Source: the human T2T-CHM13v2.0 reference genome, Homo sapiens
Assembly: GCF_009914755.1 (NCBI RefSeq)
Contig: NC_060947.1
DNA length: 64,000 bases
Strand: one strand, 5' to 3'
The translations under genes and the position numbers were made by a program. The stretch's first letter is position 1. Each line of letters opens with the position of its first letter. The notes beneath the pieces were generated by a model. That model searched no databases. It was not told the origin of the DNA and was given only the letters and a program-made list of their open reading frames with translations. Of this stretch, positions 57,693 through 64,000 are shown one piece after another.

Positions 57693-60600
57693 AATAGCTA
57701 ACCCCTTTTGTTACTAACTTCCTTTCAATTTTATTATTTATAGAGCTAAAGTTATTTTATCCAACATATGACATAAAACAAATCAAAACATCGCAGAATT
57801 CCTCATTTTTGGTATTTTGTCAAGGAAAAGCCAGGACTACATGTGTTCAGCATACCCTCTTTATGCTGGAGACCACAAAGCTGGGATGCTGATAACTAGA
57901 ATTACTGCTCCTCACATTATGGCTGTTTTATGGTCACATTCTCTATGATTGAAACCATTTCCTCCTGTTTCACTGCCATTTCAAAAATGAAGGCCACAAA
58001 AATATGACATCTGAAATAACTAGTTCATTGTCATAAATCAGTTAGAAACCAGATCTTCCAGCTCTCTTAGGCAGTTGTTCTTCCCACCAAAATCCACTGC
58101 CTGTAGAAGGAAGGAAAACTCAAATCACTGCCAGTGCTTGGTTAACACTCCTAGTCGTCCATTACCTAGCTTCATCTTAATTAGTTTGTAAAAAGTGTTG
58201 AAACTGCAACTTGTACTTTGGCAAATAACCAGTAGCCCTGCATCAGCCAGGAAAATAATCTCAAAAGTGTTAGTAAGTAATGACATCAGATGTAAATGGC
58301 AAAAGAAGGAATTCTAAATGCTGTCAAGTCACAACAGCAGAAGATGTGGCCAGAAGAGAGCTAATGCTCACACAAAACAATGTCAACCCCTCACTAGCAT
58401 AGGTAAGGCAAGTTATGATTTATGTTATGTTATTTTTTTTTACTGAGAGAGATTATTAGATTCAGCCACACTGTTATCTGCTATTATTTTCACACATCAA
58501 AAAAAAGCAAATCACTTCTCTTCAGCTCAATAATAGCATATTATTCATTTCTCCATGGAGTACCTTCTAGCTTATTGTATAAAAACCTATCATTCTCTTT
58601 TTACCTTGCTCACCCTTGCCAGAGAAGGCCGAAGGTCACAAATGCCTCATTTTTGTCCCTCAGCATAAACAATTTACCTCCTATGGTTGGTTACCAACTA
58701 CCAGAAGATGGTAGATTATGATTTAATATGATTGCACCATAAAAATATCTTGGAGATTTTTTAATTACCCTATTTTTGTTGTGTAATTCAAAAGTAATAA
58801 CTTGCTTATTGCAAAATAAATAAAAAGTACAGTGATGAAAGTGCAAAGCCACCTTCTCTTTTCTTTACTCTCCAAAGTTAACTACTGTCGAAAGTTAAGG
58901 TTTTAAAAATCAATTCTGGCATGAATTTATTTTCCTTATATATCTCTATCTTGTAACTCAGTGTGAGTTAGGGATATGAAGGATGGTTTAGTTGATTATC
59001 AGTTAGAGTTCCTCTAAAACTTTTTTGATATGGCGTTAGTTTATAATGTAAGCAACAGTCCTGTGAAATAACTTACGTAGCACCTTAGAATCCAGCCCAA
59101 TCCCAAAATTTATTACTCTAGAAAATGTAGCAGTTGACCTTTTCAAAAACAATAGGAGAAATATGAGAAGAAAGAAATGGCATTGGCTGTATATGCACAC
59201 TCACTCATACACTGCCCCCCCCACAAACACACCCCCCCACACACACACCCCGACTCATACATCAGAAGTTCTCTTGCCTACTTGCCTAATGCCTTGATGC
59301 CTTATGGATTTTGCTGAGCTTTCTTTATGAAGATCTTCCAGTACTTTCAGTTTATACCAAAGCTCTGTGATGAAAGAGCCAAGCCAGAGCCAATTAGAAA
59401 AAAAATTAGCAAGTCCAGCCTTCAAAAGGCAGAAAGCAGAACTTGGATATGGGCTTCATAGCCACTGAGTCTGGTGACCAGTTTACCTACGGATTTTAGC
59501 TTCAAGTTATAAAACACTGAACTTTCTACTAAACAATCTCTCCTATTTCCAGTGTTCTCACTAGTTTCATACTACTAGCCACTCAGACTTTCTTATGCCG
59601 TGCCGTAGGTACATCTTGGCCTAATATTTGGTCTTAATAACATAATCTATTACACTCTAAAATTTGTCCTTTAATGGGAAAATATTCCCACTACTATGTC
59701 ATTCAATAAGGAAAAAGTGCCCATTATTATATTTTTAAGTGGAAAATTTGATCTTAAAAAATTAATAGTTAAACCTCATACTTGAAAACTTAGAGCAGCT
59801 TCTTGTCTCAAGAATGACAATTTTGTATATTTTTGTTTTTATTACAAACACAAAATATGCCAATAAAATCAACTTTCTGGGTTATTTCACAGACATTTTT
59901 GGAATACTTGAAAATAAGAGTTATAGTTGTGTAAATCACTGATTGACTTCAGAGCTTTTAGAGCCACAAACTCTTTAACATTCTTACTCTTAGATTTTCT
60001 GACATTTCAATATCTAGATTTAGCCAGCTAAAATGCAAACTAAGTCTCTGTATCGTACATATGGTTTGCTGTATCAATATATAATTCAGTTAATTCCAAA
60101 CATGCATTCATGCATTCAACATGCATTTGTTTATTTTTCTACACACAGGGTACCATGTTAAGAGCCTGTCTAGCTCTTCCATAAGTCTACTTACAACAGA
60201 AATGTGTAAATTATTTTTAATAAATGAGATTTTTTCTTTCTGATAACATGAAACACAGAGAGTAATTCCAAATATGCAACATCTTTGTTACCTTATACCA
60301 GTAATTTTCCCTAGTAACCAGTTTATAATTTTATAAAAATTATTCATTGAGAGATGGTGCAAGATATTTTATTTTTATGTTAATTACTTATCACTTATGC
60401 AAAATTTATAAGACTAGTTAAAATCAGATGAGATCACTTAAAGAGCTATTTCTGATTCAGCTTATTCCTTAAACATCATGGTTGAGGAATATGCATTCTG
60501 GTTACCCAGTTGTACTGATTAACACAAATCAGATGTCTAAAAATCAATGAACTGAACTTCATATTATACTGACCATAGATTAATGTTTCTTTTTATAATT

Positions 60601-61514
60601 GAGAAGGCACTTCTTAATGTTACACTATAATCATTGTAGAATTTTATTATTGGAAAAGCCTATTAATATAGGGAATATTAGCAGAGCATTAAATACAGAA
60701 AATTGTATTTTGAATGTCTATTTTAGGGAAATTTGAACCTTAAAATTTTAAATAGTTTTTCATTTCCTTCCACATTTGAAATCCCTAATCTTCCATGATT
60801 TTGAATCTGTTACTTTTACTGCACTATTTCTCTTTTGATAAATCATCCGTAGAATGTATTTACTTAATGCCTAAGATCTATTCACTTAAGACCTCCGAAT
60901 TTTCTCATCTATGACTTTATTGGCTATTTTCGTTATAATTTTTTTTTAATTTTTGTTGTTGTGGCCCCTCCACTGCTCCATGACTGAATTTAGTTTATTC
61001 TGTAACTTACGAAATGGACACTGTAAAGCATACACCTTGAGATTCTTGGTGAGAGAAAATAGCCCATAACTTTGATGTCACTAAACTTAAACTGTACACA
61101 TTTTTTTCCTATCATCTCTAATGTTTTCTCCTGTTCTTTAGCAATGCCAACACACATGGGTTCACATGCCTTTTCTTAAAAAAAGAAAAGAAAAGAAAAC
61201 ACACGGGGAGGAGGGACAGCTGGAATCAGTGTGGCTTTAATATAATACATAAGCAAAATCTGACAATAAGCCCCACCCCTCACTTTGAATTCTGTTATCT
61301 TTTTAAAATCCTATGTAGTTGCTGGGCTGCCTTCTCTTTATTTAGCATCTTGGGTTCTTAGATTCATGATGTGCTTTTATTGACTTAATTAAAAGGATTT
61401 TGCCTCAGCACTAGAGGTAGGCAAGATGTTTATCATTACAAAAGTAATTCCGTAGAAATACTGAATAGCTTTGCTGAATAAGTAACTGAAAAGGTGCCTT
61501 AACTGAATGCTTCT

Positions 61515-61650
61515 TTAAATTTTTAAGCATCTTTTTTTAATGTGTCAGTGGTATCTCTCTGGCAAATGGTAAATCACTGATTTACTATTAAAGATGCTTA
61601 AATTTGTAAGCATCTTTTTTTAATGTGTCAGTGGTATCTCTCTGGCAAAT
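61515..61650. repeat. 53-bp direct duplication (61515-61567 and 61598-61650) with a palindromic spacer
   Basis: 52 of 53 bases identical, read directly. Confidence 0.95.
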
Positions 61651-61829
61651 AGTACAGTACCTATTTTAAAATGTTTTATGTTAAGAAAAAGGGTTCATTT
61701 AAGAGATGAATTGTTTTTAACTGGGCTTGGCATGGAAAATGAGTCATGCTGTATGTAAATATGCATATAGCCCTCTCACCATAGAACTTAGAGTTTTGAG
61801 GCACTTATCTTCACTTTCTACCCAAAAGA

Positions 61830-62310
61830 GAAACTTTTGCATATTTTAAAAATTGTTATTGAGCCTCTGCTTGAATATTTTAAAGACTCGGAACTCCCGC
61901 CTCCAAAAGCAGGCATTTCATGTTGAAGAGCCTTACTTACAGAGTTCTTCCTTGTATTGATACAAAAACAAATTTCTGCCAAACTTTCTACTCATTGTGG
62001 ATCTTAAAATTGCAAATTAGAAAAATGCAGAGCAAGCATTTGAAAGCCTATCATGTGGAAAGATGGACAAGATAGTCTTTGAAGTTCCAGAGAACATAGT
62101 AGATAAAGGGCACAAGGAGGCTGATTTTAGATTGATATGGAAAAAAAATCCAGTTTTTGCAGGTTTATAACTTACGAGTTTAGTGGGCTCCTCATTACTC
62201 GAAGTGTTTAGGAAGAGGCTGAATAACCAGCTACCAGCCAGGAATTCCCAAGTTAGCTGGAAAGTTCAACCTGATGGTTTCTTCCAATTCTAAAGTTTTA
62301 TAGTTCTCTT
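61830..62310. mobile_element. Ancient CR1/L3-like LINE fragments
   Basis: gcctctgcttgaata...gttcttccttgtattga and gaagtgtttaggaagaggctgaataacca...cttccaattctaaagtttta resemble CR1/MIR3 3' ends. Confidence 0.4.
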
Positions 62311-64000
62311 CAGCATAATGGTCTTGCCCTTTGCTCTCACCATATGCCTTGCACATTGTATATATCTCCAAAACTCTAAAATGGAATTGTGTTATCAAAC
62401 ATAATTTGTGTTGTCTCTTCTTGAGGTGTCTTTATGCCTGTGACACATGAGTTCTAGATAACTCATCATCCTGGCTACCCTCATCTGGACTCCTTGTTTC
62501 TTTATAGAGTCCCCATGCTAAGTGTATTGGAACTATTACAGTGATCTAGACACTATACTTTTGTTAACATGATTACATTAGTTTTAACCTGCTCACTGTT
62601 GGCTCATATAATGCTTTAATGTTATCAAGTGATAAGCATTCCACTTACTTTATTTTTTAATCTAAGTGCAGCTATTTATATTTATTTCTGTTAAATTTTT
62701 AATGTCTCATGTTTCACCCAAAGTATTTGACTCTGTTACAAAGTTTAGAATCTCAGTTTTATCATGTATGATATTACTCATTTCTCTTATCATTTAATAA
62801 TCCTCCAAAATTCTAAGCACCCTTTCTGTGTTTTTAACTGATTCATCAAGGAAAGTACATTTTTTAAGAAAACATTTTAAGGAAGAAAAGACCAAGGACA
62901 GAGATTTACAGCATTAAATTTTAAACTTTTTGTGTTAATTTTATTCAGTCATTCAAAGTCTTTATATAGATCCACCTAATAGTAATGTCATTCAGCCCAT
63001 ATTACAGTATCTTTATTCATAGGGTATCAGGTAAAATTTCATCTTATGTAAGACACACTGCCCAGGGTTTTCCTCTTCCCTTCCAACTTAGAGATACTGT
63101 CCCCAAAAGAAGTCATTTTAAAATGCTTCATTTTTTTATTAAATTCATATTGGTTTGTCAAACGAAATTAAAAAACAAAACGCCACCCACTCATCATCTA
63201 TTTTTACAAATTTATATTTATATCAGGTTTATCAATATGTTCATTGGAGAACTCATGCTTTGTTTGTTTGGATAAGAGGGCTCTTAAGATTTAAGCATTA
63301 AGTCTTATGGAATGCTGACAGTAGCCCTAAGATAATTTCCAAAAAGTTTATTCACTTGCTAAGATTATAACCTTCTAGTTTAAAGGAACCACAGAGTGGT
63401 TCTTAGTAGTCCCTTGTCTCCAGAAGCATTTATGTTTTAATGCCCTAGTTTGAAGACTTTTTCTCTTGCAGGAAAAGCCTAAATTGTCATTGAAGGCATT
63501 ATAGTTCTACTTTTTATCATTGATATTTTCTTAATTTTTCTTTACAAAAGCTTTGTATCTTCAGTTTTTTCATAAGCTTCAGCTGAACATTTGCCTTTGT
63601 GGAGCTCTTCTTACAAACAATTGGTATTATTTTCTACTTGTTCATTTCTCGTAGCCTCTTATTCTATATTTTATAGAAATCCTCCTTAAACTAAGGCTTG
63701 TTCTAAAGAAGTTCCTTGTAACTACCTTGACTTCATCTGCATCTCCTTTCCCTCCCTCATTGGGACAGTTTACGTTTGTATTACTGGAATTTAATTTTTT
63801 AAAAGTACTGATCATTAAAACTTTCCATTTGTCTTTGTAAAGTTTTAAAATCATATCTTTAATAATCTAAGGTCCATATCCAGCTATGTGTTCTTTCTCC
63901 TCACCACTAGAAGAAAAAACAAAAGCAAAATTACATAATGTGTTTCTTTTAGTTCTCTTTGTGCCATAAAAGTTCTTCCCTGTTGTTCAGCATTAGATCC

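Noticed and set aside
60100-60130. catgcattca repeats as a NOVA/RBFOX cluster
   Set aside because: Better explained as a decayed reverse L2 (CATT)n tail, and far from any exon.

Overview
This is AT-rich mammalian genomic DNA, primate by its Alu, L1PA, THE1 and MADE1 content, and apparently human. The window lies entirely inside the X-linked scaffold gene CNKSR2 (CNK2/MAGUIN) on the + strand. Nine internal coding exons (90, 215, 49, 173, 74, 72, 68, 101 and 547 nt) have canonical AG/GT ends. They join with consistent phases into one open frame from [12 protein letters not shown] through the PH domain, a PPPPY motif and a poly-Glu tract to GEK. By my recollection these are exons 12-20 of 22, about aa 435-898. 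The introns are mostly transposon relics: full-length THE1C, Tigger1, MADE1 and MADE2, seven Alus, and L1, L2, MIR and LTR fragments. I see no prokaryotic features, RNA genes or CRISPR arrays, and no new biological system I can prove. The best leads are unverified splicing-level ones: (i) a GC-rich 129-nt stop-containing candidate exon whose acceptor is folded into a hairpin; (ii) a dual-acceptor candidate exon in the 27-kb intron that matches the CNKSR3/IPCEF1 split point; (iii) a poison pseudo-exon created by a tandem duplication; (iv) an unidentified decayed coding-like segment. Repeat subfamily names and repeat ends come from remembered consensus sequences and are approximate unless a target-site duplication (TSD) is quoted.
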